Positions 1-12,500 of a stretch of 64,000 nt of DNA are shown one piece after another. Made by a program: the position numbers and the translations under genes. Position 1 is the first letter of the stretch. Every line of letters begins with the position of its first letter. The notes below the pieces were generated by a model. That model ran no database searches and was not told where the DNA came from. It worked only from the letters and a program-made list of their open reading frames with translations. The stretch spans positions 13,441,186 to 13,505,185 of the forward strand of contig OZ316895.1 of the NCBI GenBank assembly GCA_973895155.1, given 5' to 3'. The DNA comes from Marsupella aquatica (taxonomy: Eukaryota; Plantae; Marchantiophyta).

Positions 1-2297
1 TGTTTTGCATTTAGCATGAAAGATTTGGGGACATTAAAGGGTCATGGTATTCAGATTGAATTGGCTAGTGATGCGCCAATCTTTCGTAGGCCATACCGTT
101 ACAGTGACATGGAGAGAGCTCTGATTCAAAGTAGAACTCAAGATTTGTTGGAGGCTGGATTGGTGGAGATTTCATATGGGGAGTATGCATCTGCCACAGT
201 GATGCCAGCCAAGAAGGATGTGCATGGCAATTACACAGATAGGCGCATGTGTGGTGATTACAGACCCATTAATCGCCAGACAAAATCTGATAGATATGCC
301 ATGCCCACACCTGAGGAGATCTTTGATGCTGTGGGGCATGCAAAGGTTTTCAGTTCATTGGATCTGAGGGGTACCATCAGCTTCCAATTAGGCATGCTGA
401 CAGGTCCAAGACAGCATTCTGGGGGATTGATTCTTATGGCAAAGATCGTTTATATCAGTGGTTATTCTTACCATTTGGGTTGAAGAATGCACCAGCTGAG
501 TTCCAGAGAGTCATGGATCGAATCCTTGCAGGTTTGGATTTTGTCAGATATTATATTGATGATATTTTGGTCTATTCTTCTACCGTGGAAGAACATCAGC
601 AACACTTGCAGATTGTGTTGGAGAGATTGAGAGCACATTGATGGGTTGAAGCTCCATCCTAGCAAGTGTAAGTTCTTCCAAGACCAGATTGAGTATTTGG
701 GCCACACTATATACCCAGGGGGATTGGGTGTACAGCAGACTAAAGTGGAGGCCATTACACAGATTCCTTGTCCTACTGATGTGAGTAGAGTTTATGCATT
801 CTTGGGATTGGCGAGCTACTACAGGAAGTATGTTAAAGGATTTAGCCAGCTTGCTAAACCTTTGACCATACTCACTAAGTTGGATCAGGAATGGATTTGG
901 GGTAATGACCAGGAGCATGCCTTTCAGGAGTTGAAGCAAAGGTTGGCATCATCCCCTATTTTGAGAAGACCCATTTCAGGTAGACCATTTCAGCTACACA
1001 CTGATTGGAGTGGAGTAAGACTTGGAGTAGTGCTGACTCAGAAGGATGATGAGGGGAATGAGTTTGTTGTGGCTTATGCCAGTAGATCAAACAATTCAGT
1101 AGAGGCTAAGTATAGCTCGTATGAGGGAGAGTGTTTGGCAACAGTGTGGGCTGTTGCATACTTTCGTTGCTACTTGTTTGGTAACCCCTTCACCTTGATC
1201 ATTGATCATCAGCCTCTTAAGTGGTTAATGGAGTCTGACAAGCTTACAGGGAAGCTTGCACGATGGGCATTGTTGTTACAAGAGTATGATTTCCAGGTGG
1301 TGCATAGGCCTGGAAAAGTGAACTTGGATGCAGATGGATTAAGCCGCAATCCATGTACCAGTCAGCAGGATGAGAGTGGAGCCAGATAGCATGATGAGTC
1401 AGATAAGGAGATGGTGCCAGGATGGCATGCATCTGCCTTTCTTTGTTGGGTGCCAGCATACAGTGGATCTGTGGACTCTACCTCATTGGATGGAGTGGAT
1501 GATGAGTCTTTAGATGTGGATGTTGGTGAGGTAACTTCTGGACAACAAGATATTCACAATGATGTGAGAGTGTTGGAATATATGCGCAGTGGTTCTATTG
1601 TTGGCAATGTTGATGCCAAAGAACGTGACAGGGTTCTACAGAGAGCCAAGAGGTTTCGATGGGAGGGAAACCATCTTTTGAGAGTACTGCATGATGGTAG
1701 GGTGTTAATGGTACCAAAACCATCACAACGAGTACATTTGGTGCGACATGCACACGAGGAGTTGGGTCACTTTGGTGTGAAGTGCACTTATAGCTTGCTA
1801 CAGACACAGTATTGGTGGCGTGGTATGCACACTCATGTCCAACAGTTGATAGCTAAGTGTGTGGTATGTGATAGAGTGAGAGCATCATTTAATGCTCCCA
1901 CTCCCCAGTTGCACCCGTTGCCGATCATGGGTTTGGGATATCGTTGGAGTTTGGATTTTTCTGGTCCATTACCTCTTACCCAACGTCATAATCGGTATGT
2001 TTTGGTCATGGTGGAGCACTTCTCCAAGTGGATTGAGGTAGTGGCGTTGCTAGATAAAGCCACTGGAGGAGTTGCTGCTACATTTTTGGATCGTGTACTC
2101 AGTCATTTTGGAGCACCAGCTGAGGTGTTGACTGATCAGGGAACTGAGTTCCGTGGAGAGTTTGAGAGTTTGTGTGAACAAGCTCTGATTGATCATCGTA
2201 CTACCTCTCGTGATCATCCTGAGGCAGATGGATTAGCTGAGAGAGTTGTGCAAACTGTAAAGAAAAGATTGCGTAAGTATGGCTTGCAGGTTGGTCA
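1..2297 (+). pseudogene. Ty3/gypsy pol (RT, RNase H, integrase core), frameshifted with premature stops; 5' part outside the window
   Basis: ORFs 16-483, 646-1389 and 1411-2313. RT motifs RRMCGDYRPIN and YIDD (~550-563). RNase H motifs LHTDWS, YASRSN, WALLLQEYDF. Integrase HHCC and D,D(35)E core (SLDFSG, LTDQG, LAERVV). Confidence 0.95.
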
Positions 2298-3350
2298 CAC
2301 TAGTACATATTAAGTTGATTTCCGATGCTCAATTTTTGTGAACAATCGGCGTCCGATTCTTTTAGCATCGGAAATTCCGATTATCAAAAAATGGCAATAT
2401 GCCATACTCTCGGCTTCGGATATCTTCATTTCCGATATAATTGACAACGGAATCTTTCCGATGCGTTAAAAAATGGATCATATCCGTTAGAAAACACATC
2501 GGATCCCTCAACAGAAACTTTGATTGATATGTCCAATGTTTTTTGTAACGAAAATTATGTGCGTTACAATATTGATCGGAAACTTTCCGTAGTTAATAAT
2601 AACGGATATTATATCCGATTGTGCTAACATGGCAAAGTCCGATGTTGGGAGAATGGGAAAATCCGATGCTGGGAGTATGAGAAAGTCCGATGCTAGAAGA
2701 ATGGGAAAGTCCGATGCTGGAAGAATGGGAAAGTCCGATGCTGGGAGTATGGGAAAGTCCGATGCTAGAAGAATGGGAAAGTCCGATGCTGGGAGTATGG
2801 GAAAGTCTGGTTATGACAAAAAGAAAATTTTTGATTGTGTTAGAATGAAAAGTTTTGATGTGTTAGATGGGGTATGTGGTTGCACCGACATACTCTTCCC
2901 AAAAGATGCAATCATTCTTGCATGCATGAATAACTTCATACTTGAGGCAAATGGACTTGAGTGTTGTTTTTGCCTCATTCCAAGACCCAACATATTGTTC
3001 CCTTACGGAAATATGTGCTCAACATGCCAAGTCCAAAATACATCATCTAGAAGGAGGTTGCTTGTCCCATGTAGTCTTTGTTGCAAGTCCAACAACAACA
3101 TAGTTGATAAAAGATGAGACAATTAGGAGCCATTGACGCTGAGGCTTTGGAAGGACCAAAATATCATCCATAACTAATAAGCCATAATTATCCCATATCA
3201 AATCTAATGAAGGAGGGCTTTACTATCGATGAATGACCCCTGCCAGATTTCTATTGGTTTCTCCTAGCTAGGGGAATGTAATAGGGTAACTAGAATAGGT
3301 CACTTGATGCAAAGATCTAATCTCATGATAGAGAAAAATGGATCATGGGT
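2298..3350. mobile_element. Probable truncated CACTA-type DNA transposon end interrupting the gypsy integrase; right boundary approximate
   Basis: The integrase frame breaks at CACTAGTACA (2298). Many TCCGAT/ATCGGA short repeats follow in both orientations, resembling subterminal repeats. Integrase resumes at ~3352 with some sequence missing. No matching right TIR or TSD found. Confidence 0.5.
2629..2810 (+). repeat. 21-bp minisatellite, ~8.5 copies (ATGGGAAAGTCCGATGCTGGG/AGA type)
   Basis: Directly visible tandem repeat; translates as (MGKSDAG/R)n. Confidence 0.9.
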
Positions 3351-3351
3351 A

Positions 3352-3837
3352 TTTCAGAGAGTGATGCCCATGGCTTTTGATAACCTTGCCATTGCCCAAC
3401 ATCGTGATACTTTGAGGTATGCCACTATTCGTGGAGGAGGTTACCGTGCAAGCATTCGATGATTTCATCCTGGTGATTATGTTTATTTGCAACAGACAGC
3501 ACCCATGACACTTGATGTGACCGCAGGCCGGACAATCTTACGTGTGCGTGAAGTGTTGCTTTCTGGTGTCCTGATGTTGGAGGGATGCGATGGTATGGTT
3601 TGGAAGGATCATGTGCGCAATTGTGCACCATGTCACCTTTTCAACATTGATGGTACAGTAGATCCAAGCTTGGCACATGTTCGTGCTGGCTTGAAATGTA
3701 CGTTGTGTGGATCTGCTCAGGGAGCAGCTACTATGTTGATTTATGATAAGTGTTCTAGAGGATGGCACATGTCATGTTTGACACCACCATTGCAGGTGAT
3801 TCCTAGTGGATCATGGTTGTGTCCTCAGTGTCGGTGA
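3352..3837 (+). pseudogene. Integrase C-terminus ending in a PHD finger
   Basis: FQRVMPMAFDNLAIAQHRD...PGDYVYL (one in-frame TGA), then CTLC...ML(I)YDKC...WHMSC...WLCPQC, a C4HC3 PHD pattern with one Cys replaced by Tyr. Confidence 0.85.
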
Positions 3838-4000
3838 AGCCGACTAGTTATCATTTGTGTTCTCTTGGCAGATATGGATTGCAGATAGGTGATCGATGGG
3901 GCTCACTTGCACCCGGCCTCCTGATCTTCACACCTAAAAAGGTGTATATCAATCTTGTAGAACTCATGGCTAGCTAGAGTTAGGGGACCTTACTCCCAGC

Positions 4001-4202
4001 TAGGGGGGCAATTGTGGGTTTTGGACATGTGTGGACATGAGTTCCATTTGTATTCCATTCTCTTGTGTTTGTGATGTGGCAGTGTGACTATGTTTGGATG
4101 TATGTGACAAGCGATGTATGTTGTGTAGCGATGTGTATGCGCACGACAGCTGTCACACCATTCTAGGTAGTGTTAGAGTGTATCGTACTATCTAGATCCG
4201 TA
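4001..4202 (+). repeat. Polypurine tract (PPT) and start of the 3' LTR (TG at 4013) of the PHD-gypsy, cut by element A
   Basis: AGGGGGGCAAT followed by TGTGGG, ~170 bp after the integrase stop; ends abruptly at 4203. Confidence 0.7.
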
Positions 4203-6504
4203 TGTAGTTTGCTATGAAGAACCAAAAACACACTTAAAGGTCTTCAAACTCGGTATTCGTTCCCGTAAAGAACAAGATGGGGTTGGTTTGATAGATTTGA
4301 ACAATAATAAAGAACTAAAAATGTTTTCCACACATAGTAATCAAGTTTGATTACTTCACTAAGGTATTTTGAAGATCGCTCCACAGCGGTGAGTAGTTTT
4401 CAATGATAACTCAGCATCAGGTAACCATAAATTAATGAAAAAGGAATAATTAACAAAACACAAGAGAAAATAATCTCAAAGTACGCTAAGGGAGTTTGGA
4501 ATAGACCAAGGTTACTCCTTAGACATAAGTCAAAATGAAAAGACTTAAGGATTCAAATCCATATTGTTTTTCAGATCTAAACTGCTTACTAGAGTACCTT
4601 TTAAAATGCCGTCAACATGTCTTACCCTTTCTTTCTAAGTGGTACTCAGATAAGATCTAAAAGGTAGCTACTTCAACATTTAGATGGTACTAAGCAACAT
4701 GAAAGAAAATCCATCAATTTCAATGAGACTTAAACTCAATGAGTTAATTTCAAGAACTCAAGAGATTGTAATGAGTCACCAATAAGGAATCTATCATTAC
4801 AACTCAAAAGATTTGCATAAAAGGAATTTTACTTCCTGTGTTTATAATCATAGGTAAAAACACAAGAAGGAGGTAAGTCTCTCCAAATGTTAAACCTGAT
4901 CTCGAACTCATAGATTCATGATCAACTAGTTTAACACAACGAAGAGGCAGAAATGCATAACTTAACCATAAACTACACTAGTGGTGGAGGGGTCTTATAG
5001 TAAAAACCTACAGGGTAAGAGGTCATAGGGTCGAAGAGACATGCCTCTTCATACTCCTCAAAAAGTCAAAATAGCAATTCAGTAAGTGAAAAGCCGGGAA
5101 ATGGCTAAGTAAGAACCCGTAAACCCTTAAAAGCGTAAAAACGTAAAACCGTATAAGCGTAAAAGGGTAAAAGCGTATTCCGGTAAACTTAAAAACTTAG
5201 CAAATTCAACTATTTTTAACTTTCTATTCCTGGTCCAGAAAATTCTGAAATTTTGCCAGCAGGTTTTCCTAGGTATAGACTATATACTAAAGAAGTCTCA
5301 TAGCTTTTAAAGCTCTATAACACATTTTGAAAAATAGGGAAAGATGCACTATTCTTAAAACTAACTAAAAAGACTTAGACTACTCCTCAAGCTTGTTGTC
5401 GGATGTCTTCTGGTTCGAGTAGCTCCACGAGGGTAACAGTCCGAGCTTGAGTAACTTCCATCAGCTCAGCCTGGCATGGGGATCCTCGAGAGTAGGGTAG
5501 GCATCTCAATTGCCTTTCAGGATACATCAGGGGCATTCTTCTCCTTAGATAACATATGTCTATTCGAAGAGCTTCTCTATATATCCCAATCATGTCATAA
5601 TTATTGCAAGTAGCAGCATATACTTGGGGATAATGGTATAGAAATTCATCAGAGTTCAGCATCCTGGAATAGAAAGGGTGAAGCCTCCATTTGACATCTC
5701 TGAAATACCGGTTGAAGTTGGCCAGAGTTTGAGAGGTGACATTGTTCCAGATCCTCTGTTTCTCAGCAAATGAGCTGGTTGAAACAAGGGTAACCTTGGG
5801 CTCTCGAGGAAGGTAAGCGTTCTGGGGAGAAGTAGATTTCTTACTCTGCATGAGAAAAGAAACCACAAAATCTAGGGCATAAGCTGCCAAATTTCCAAAA
5901 TATGCTAGAACTAAATCTGAATCCTCCACCTCCACATCTCCTTGAAGTAGCATCACAGCAAGAATGGGTCGGAAATAGAGAGAGTCAGTCCAGAACTCAT
6001 CGAATTGTGCCATCTCCAGTCTGGAAGTTCCAAAACACCTGAGGTCGAAGATATAACTGGCTTCTGTCTTCTTGAGATAGTAGTATTTCCAGAACTCTCC
6101 AATCGGTGGTCTGTTGGCTTGCATTATCTTACAGGTCTCCACATACCTGTGCACTTGGGACTCTGGATGTCTCGGGTATCTACTCTCGATGGTGGCATTC
6201 CGAGGTGTCTGAGTAGATGAGGTGACAACTGCTACTAAGTTTGGATTGGATCTTAAGGCAGTATCAACATCTTCAAATCCCTGCCTTGGGGATGACTCAA
6301 GAGAATTATCATAAGATCTATAAGTTTCACCATCTGAGGGTGGATCAGAGTCTTCAGGTAGATCTTCTCTGTCGTAAGGGTGGTCATATTGTGACCGATT
6401 GTAGGTGGGTCCTTCTGTGGGTTCGTAGTTGGAATCAGGGCTGTAAGGTTGCGAACCTGGGCTAGGAGTAGGACTAGCAGTTGGACATTGTTGGATCAAG
6501 TTGC
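4203..6504 (-). repeat. 3' LTR of element A, distal segment (ends ...CA at 4203)
   Basis: Matches 58255-60350 plus 63303-63517 with only scattered substitutions. Confidence 0.93.
5387..6499 (-). pseudogene. C-terminal half of the ORF encoded inside LTR A (unknown function), split off by the CACTA insertion
   Basis: 370-aa open frame. The same sequence occurs in the 5' LTR (59448-60350 and 63303-63524). Confidence 0.8.
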
Positions 6505-7147
6505 CACTAGTAGAAACCGGGGCAATTTAGACCATACCTTATAGGACTAAGCCCACTAAGTCCTTTTTCCATACTTGAAACGACTCGCACCCATTGTACC
6601 GGTTTTGTTGAAGACTACAAAAGACTATTAGTGTTTTATGGTTCACTAAAAGACTATGAGAAGTAACCTTGCTACTTTGTGAACGGTCAATAGTCTAGCA
6701 CATCATGGGTAATGTTCACTTATGTTGAGGAGGGGTAATTCTATAAAGAGGGTGATATCAAGGGGCATAACTCAATAAATGGCCTTATTTGTGACCAAAA
6801 AGGTTTTGGAGTGAGGTTCATGGAGGGTGGACTACGGAGGGATCGATTACTAACTCCATCTATAAAAGGCCGAGATGCACAAAGGTAGATTTGTACCGGT
6901 CTCAATTCAAGGGGGTGTGGGTTTAGGGTTAGGGGGTTGTCCAGCCGAAGAACACTCGATTGAAATAGTGACGCAACGGTTTAGGGTAAAGGAACATGTT
7001 TAGGGACCCTAACTTGTTTGCTGCCTTGGGAGGATCTTGAGAGCCTGAGCTTGCAAGCGGCATGCACTCTAAAAATGGCCCCTGCCATTGCAAAGATAGT
7101 CTGGCCACAGTCGACTTGTCAAGACGTTTAAGGGGTTTATATGTCAA

Positions 7148-7625
7148 GGCTAGGGGGTGGCTGGGTTATGTGGGGGAGTTGACAGATATTTGGGTCTTGA
7201 ATTATGGTAACACAAGTGTCCCTATAATATTGATGAAGGGAGCATGGGTGAAATCAGAATGGCAAAGGCCAATGGCCACCATGAAGCGTGATCCTGATGG
7301 GTTCTTGTTGGCCAATTTAGGTCTAGAGTACCAGAATGGTCTGAGCCTTTTGTTTTCCCCAGCCAAGTTGAACAGGCTTTCTTTCTAGATGTGGAGGGGT
7401 CACATGACTGGAGGGTGGTATGCCATAGCCAATCAAGCACGAAACAGGCGGATGGATGGAAATAAAGTAGAGTTCAGTTTGGATGACCATGCTGCATTTG
7501 AGCATCCTAGTCAGGAGACTGTAGTTCCAGCTCGGGCAGGGACCGACTACATCCCGTTAACATTGAGAGAGACATATGATGAACCTGGGGAGATGGAATA
7601 TGATGAGGTTGATGATGTGCAATAG
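7148..7625 (+). pseudogene. C-terminal remnant of the CACTA TnpD transposase (DUF4216-like)
   Basis: YVGELTDIWVLNYG...WVK...DPDGFLLAN, then a frameshift to EPFVFPSQVEQAFFLD, typical of En/Spm transposase C-termini. Confidence 0.75.
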
Positions 7626-7802
7626 GCAACAGCTGGCGATTGGCAAGTATGAGGTTGAGGATGACTACCTGCACAGAGTCACAAAACGGGAATTGTTGCC
7701 TGGAATGATGTTTAGGATAGTTGGATATGCATGAAATTGATTGATACTTTGAATCTAGTGTGCTGATTCTCCCTGTTTGGTTGTGGGTGCTGTGCAGAAG
7801 CT

Positions 7803-10493
7803 ATGGGGGAAGAGGGTGATGATATGGAGACAGACATGGGGCTTGGAGAGTGGGGTGAAGAGGAAAGATTGGATATGGATGGAGATCCAGATGCAGGGGG
7901 CTCACAGAAAAATGCACCTATGCAGGATGCACAGGGCCCTCATCAAGTGCCAGGTAGGTGGGCAAATAGAGAGAAATCACATAATCCATACCCTAGAAGG
8001 AGCCAGAGTTATTGGCAAGGGACGCCTGATGATTATGATGATGACTATGATGGAGCAGAAGATGGATGGGATGAATATGAACACCCAGAGCGTGGTAGAG
8101 ACAGGTACAGAGGGCAATGGAAAGGTGAGGATGATGATTGGACAAGTAAGTGCCTTGTGCTAGTGATTTTGTGATGGTAGTAGAGATTTAGCTCAATATG
8201 GACTTATCTGATGTCTAGCTAGGGCAAAGAGTTTATCTGACAGGTCCATCAGTGTGGCATGTACTTGTTGGTATGCAGACTCTGATTGGGACAATCACGA
8301 AAACAACAAAGGCCATCCACGTTCAGATAGGAGGCAATCATTCACAGGCGGGAGAAACGGCCCTAATTCATCCAGACAAAGCAATTGGATAGGTGGTCCA
8401 GAACCATCTATGCGCCAAGGGAGAGGTAACTTGGTCATTGCAAAATTGCTCTGAAGTCCAGTGTATATTTGGCAGCAAAATTTATGCTTCATACTTACCT
8501 AATGGATCCTGTAAATGTGCAGGGACTCCAAGGAGGTTTGGACAATGCAATCCAGGCCGTGGGGGGAGATCAGGCTGTGGAGGGACCCAGGGCCGTGGGG
8601 GGACACCAGACCGTGGAGGGACACCTAGTAGCGCTTCAGGGAGTACCAAGGCAGGAGACAGTAACAAATTTGGTAAAGTAGAAGTGAATTCCGATGGTTG
8701 GATAACTCCCACATGTGATGGTAAGAACTGTTGGCATTCTGACCTAAGAGGAGAAGTATTGTCTTGGTTAGATTTGAGCATTACAGAGTTTAGGAGTCTA
8801 AACAAAGCTGATTGGGCTGCTATCTGCAAGGACATTCTTGAACGGTGGGACTATGTTGGTAATGATGGTAAGGGCCCAGTTGAAGATTGCATATCAGATT
8901 ATGCAATGAGGATTTTGAAACAAGAGAGGCATAGGTTGAAAAGGATGTGGATAGACAATGGTTCTAACAGGAGAATGCCACGCACCACCCCCATCATTGG
9001 AACTGGATCAATGGACACGGTTAATCAAAGGGTTCATGTCGGAGGCTGGATAGAGCAAAAGTGAACTGATGTCAAATGCTCGAGGCAAAGTGAAACACCT
9101 TTCACAGGCTGGGAGAGGAAGTTATGCTCCAGTGAAAGAACAATTGGTCTTAAGGCAGTGACATGCCTGATAGTAAGCCTCAAACTTATCATCTTGCTAC
9201 CATTATTATATTTTCATTAACAATCAACACTTGGTTTCATTCATATGTATGTTGATGTGGACTGCAAAAGAAATTGACAGGTGAAGAACCATCTGCACAA
9301 GAAGTGAGAGAGGAGTTCATGAAACAAAGGAGTGAGGTGACAAGTGTGACTTCCAAACAGGTGATTATGTTGTAATTCTGTATGTTCTGTGACTATTTGG
9401 CCTTGAGCATCAGAAAGAAATGTAGTAGGAAGTAAGCAACCAGTTCTTGGGGACAGTTATCTGAGATATGTTAGCCGTGTTATGATAGGGAACTGTTACA
9501 ACTCTCACAGAGATGTGTGAACGGTTGAAGTCATTAGAGTGTGGACTCCCTCGAGTGGAAAGTAAATTGGCTGATCGTTTGGATATTGTGGAGGCATCTG
9601 TAGCGAACCTTCTTGCATCAGTGGAATCTAATTTCAAGCTTGTGATTGAAAAATTGGGTGGTTCCCAACCAAACAATGAGGGCAAAATTGTACAAAGTGT
9701 GCCCTTGTTAACAAAAAAGGAGTTGGAAAATCTGACACAGGTATGGAAATGACCCCGGCCCATTGTTCATTGTGTCCTATGTTCAAATGTTAGAAGTAAG
9801 TTTTCATGAATTGAGTGAATGGTTTGAATGCAGGAAGAGTGGAGGCAGAGAAGGACCCTATAATCGGTAAGCAGAATGGCAAGAAGGTTGCTGAGACAGG
9901 TAACCTACTATGATCCAGTACATTACATTTGAAAAGTGCATGGAGTTTTGTGAAGCTTAAGCCGGTTGGAGGTAATCTTTTCTGTAAGAACTGGTTGGAT
10001 CAACTGGGATCTGAAGTGACATCATGATTGATGTATCAGGTGATTCAAAGAGCAATAATGAAAAAGATGTGCCCAGTGCCTCAGTGACCATAGCCAAGGA
10101 GGTATCAGGTAAGCTGATGCTTTAAATTCCTCTATATGAATGTTGAGAAACAATTCAGTGGTTAATAGATTCAACCTGAATATTGTGGTGTGTTTATTGA
10201 TCAGCAGAAGCAGACATGGAGGATATGGTAATGGCAAAGAAGGGGAAGAAGACTGTTCATAATGGTAAGGAGATAGTGACAACTTTGTGGTTGGTGACAT
10301 GTACATTTAGCACATGTGATGAGTGATTGACTTATGTTGGACATGACACTGAATTGTAGTTGATGCAGAGTTGACAGACTCTCAACCAAGTGGGAGCAGG
10401 GTGAAGCGACGTCGGAACTTGGGAGCAACATTGGATGCAAGTAAGATTGTAGATGCTTCAATTGAAGCAAGTACAATGTTGGCAGATACTGAG
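7803..10493 (+). pseudogene. Multi-exon CACTA accessory (TnpA-like) gene, 5' part
   Basis: Short exons with GT..AG boundaries, including the helical segment DWAAICKDILERWDY...RHRLKRMW. The frame ...TMLADTE joins MMSQGNP at 23051 once S1 is removed. Confidence 0.6.
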
Positions 10494-11069
10494 AACACAG
10501 TGACGGACCAAACGAGAAGTATGACCACCAAACGAGAAGTGTGTTTTCGATTTCATGAAAAACGGCGAAAAATCACTAAAATTAAGATCAAAAAGGCTAT
10601 TTTGAGGATGAATCCAAAATCGCATCCAACATCGGATTTCAAATCGAGATACTGTCGATGCAAAAACACAGAATTGTCACAATCCAGAATTCCGATACAC
10701 TTCATCTAAAAAAAGTGCAAATTCCAAAACCTAGAAAAACAATGCTTTTCACGTGATCCTTCTAAAAGCTAAATCCGAGCGTCAAACAAAATGAGTAAAA
10801 CACAAGATTTCATTTTCGCCATCAAAATGGCAAACTGAAAATGGGATACGACGTATCCCATTTTGGATTCAACTATTGAACATGGACGAAAACCACACCA
10901 AATCATTCTCCTAACGCTTTCATTTAACCTCGGGTTAAAAATGTTTGAATTTTTGACTGCGGTTAAATTGAAAACTGCGAAAAACTGACCGCGGACTACA
11001 GTCGAACCACACAGTTAGTTAAGTTAACCCGACGACATGTCCGGAAACTTTTTAGCCCTTAACGCATGA

Positions 11070-12500
11070 TGAATACGAGATGGGATCCAAGTATCCACTA
11101 TCGTATTCAACCTCAATGTTTTCCACTTGCAACTTTGCATCAGGAGATCTTTCGACATGAATACCAACTGAGATCCATGGATCCCATTTTTTTTGCAAGT
11201 CCAAAAACTGATTGGGAAAACAGGAGGATGAATACCACATGGGATGGATCCCATCTAGTATTCAACCTCTACATTTTGAAGCATTTGCATCGCATACCTT
11301 GATATTCCAGTTTGAAGACCAACTGGGATCCACGGCGACTTCCTCAAAAATCTACAATTTAAATTTCAGCATTCTTTGAAAAGACAGACTCTCACGTGAA
11401 AAAACCCTCGTACGGACCAATCAGGGAATGCCACGTGTCCAATGCCCCCAAAAACTATAAAAGGAAGAGCTCGCATCTGTTTTTCATCTTCATTTCTCGC
11501 GATTACTTTGAGGTTCATTCAGTATTGAGTAGTTGTTTTCATAGAATACTGTAATCTGAATTTTCTCTGTTGGATACGAATACGTACTCCTATAGAACCC
11601 TTGTTTGATTCTCTATGGCGTCTTCAAGTGATGAGTCAATTTACAGTTCAGATGCATCTTCACCAGATGTTGTTCGAAAATTTATTCCATCTCGTTTGAT
11701 GAATGAATTACCAGCCTCACAGAGAGTAGTGCCAGAGATTTCATTTTCCTCAGAATCTGAAAAATCAGAGTCTGATTCAGAGTCTTGTAGGAGTGTTGTG
11801 GGTGCTCCAATTTCATACTATGTCTCTCCAAGTAAACCTCTTAAACGACGTCTACTTGTAAAGAAGCCTAATGTAGTTCCTACAACAGAGACACTTGGTT
11901 CACCGCGAACCCAGACAGATCTTCAAAGGCGAAGGCCCCGGTTTTTAATACCAAAAACAACGTTACCATGTAGGCCCGCCCGAAGATCTCCGTTGGTTTT
12001 TCCAATGTCTCGTTCTCCGGGAGCGAAGATAGCTGTGTCCAGTGTTCAATCACAGTTTGAGCGAATGAGGAGTCCAAATGTGCAGGAATTGCAGAGAGGG
12101 GCAGCCTCGGAGCCAAATTTGGTGGGTCGAATACCAAGTGGGATCCGTGGATCCCACTTGGTATTCCCTACTCAAATGTTGAGAAACGGTGAACGCAAAT
12201 TACCTATTTTGTCTCCTTCAGTACCAAATTCCTTGGGTCAAATACGAAGTGGGATCCATGGATCCCACTTAGTATTCCCTCGTGTTATTTTGCAGAATCC
12301 TGTGCCCGAGTCACCGGTCTTACGGATTTCCAACCCGAGTTCTGATGGTGGAATGCGAAATAGGATACGCGGATCCCAGTTCGTATTGCGCAACGGAAAA
12401 TTACCAAGTCATGACGCAGAATAGCAAGTGGGAAAGTTTTCACTTTGAAGTCCCAAAGGACGAATACGAGTTGGGATCCATGGATCCCAATCGGTATTCC
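11070..12500. repeat. Dispersed S1 palindromes, GGATCC variant
   Basis: Perfect 18-bp-arm palindrome GAATACCAAGTGGGATCC-GT-GGATCCCACTTGGTATTC at 12129-12166. Relatives at ~11071, 11158, 11229, 12241, 12354 and 12462. Confidence 0.85.
11417..11462 (+). promoter_or_regulatory. Putative Pol II promoter of the S1 transposase
   Basis: CCAAT (11417), CACGTG G-box (11432), CCAAT (11439) and TATAAAA (11456), ~155 bp upstream of the ATG at 11615. Confidence 0.55.

Noticed and set aside
2629-3117. 162-aa ORF as a real gene
   Set aside because: The N-terminus is a translated minisatellite and the rest has no recognisable motif.
6920-6990. Telomere seed or chromosome-healing site (TTTAGGGTTAGGG)
   Set aside because: Only one or two units; similar telo-box-like motifs occur at ~27440 and ~43950, so this is not an array.
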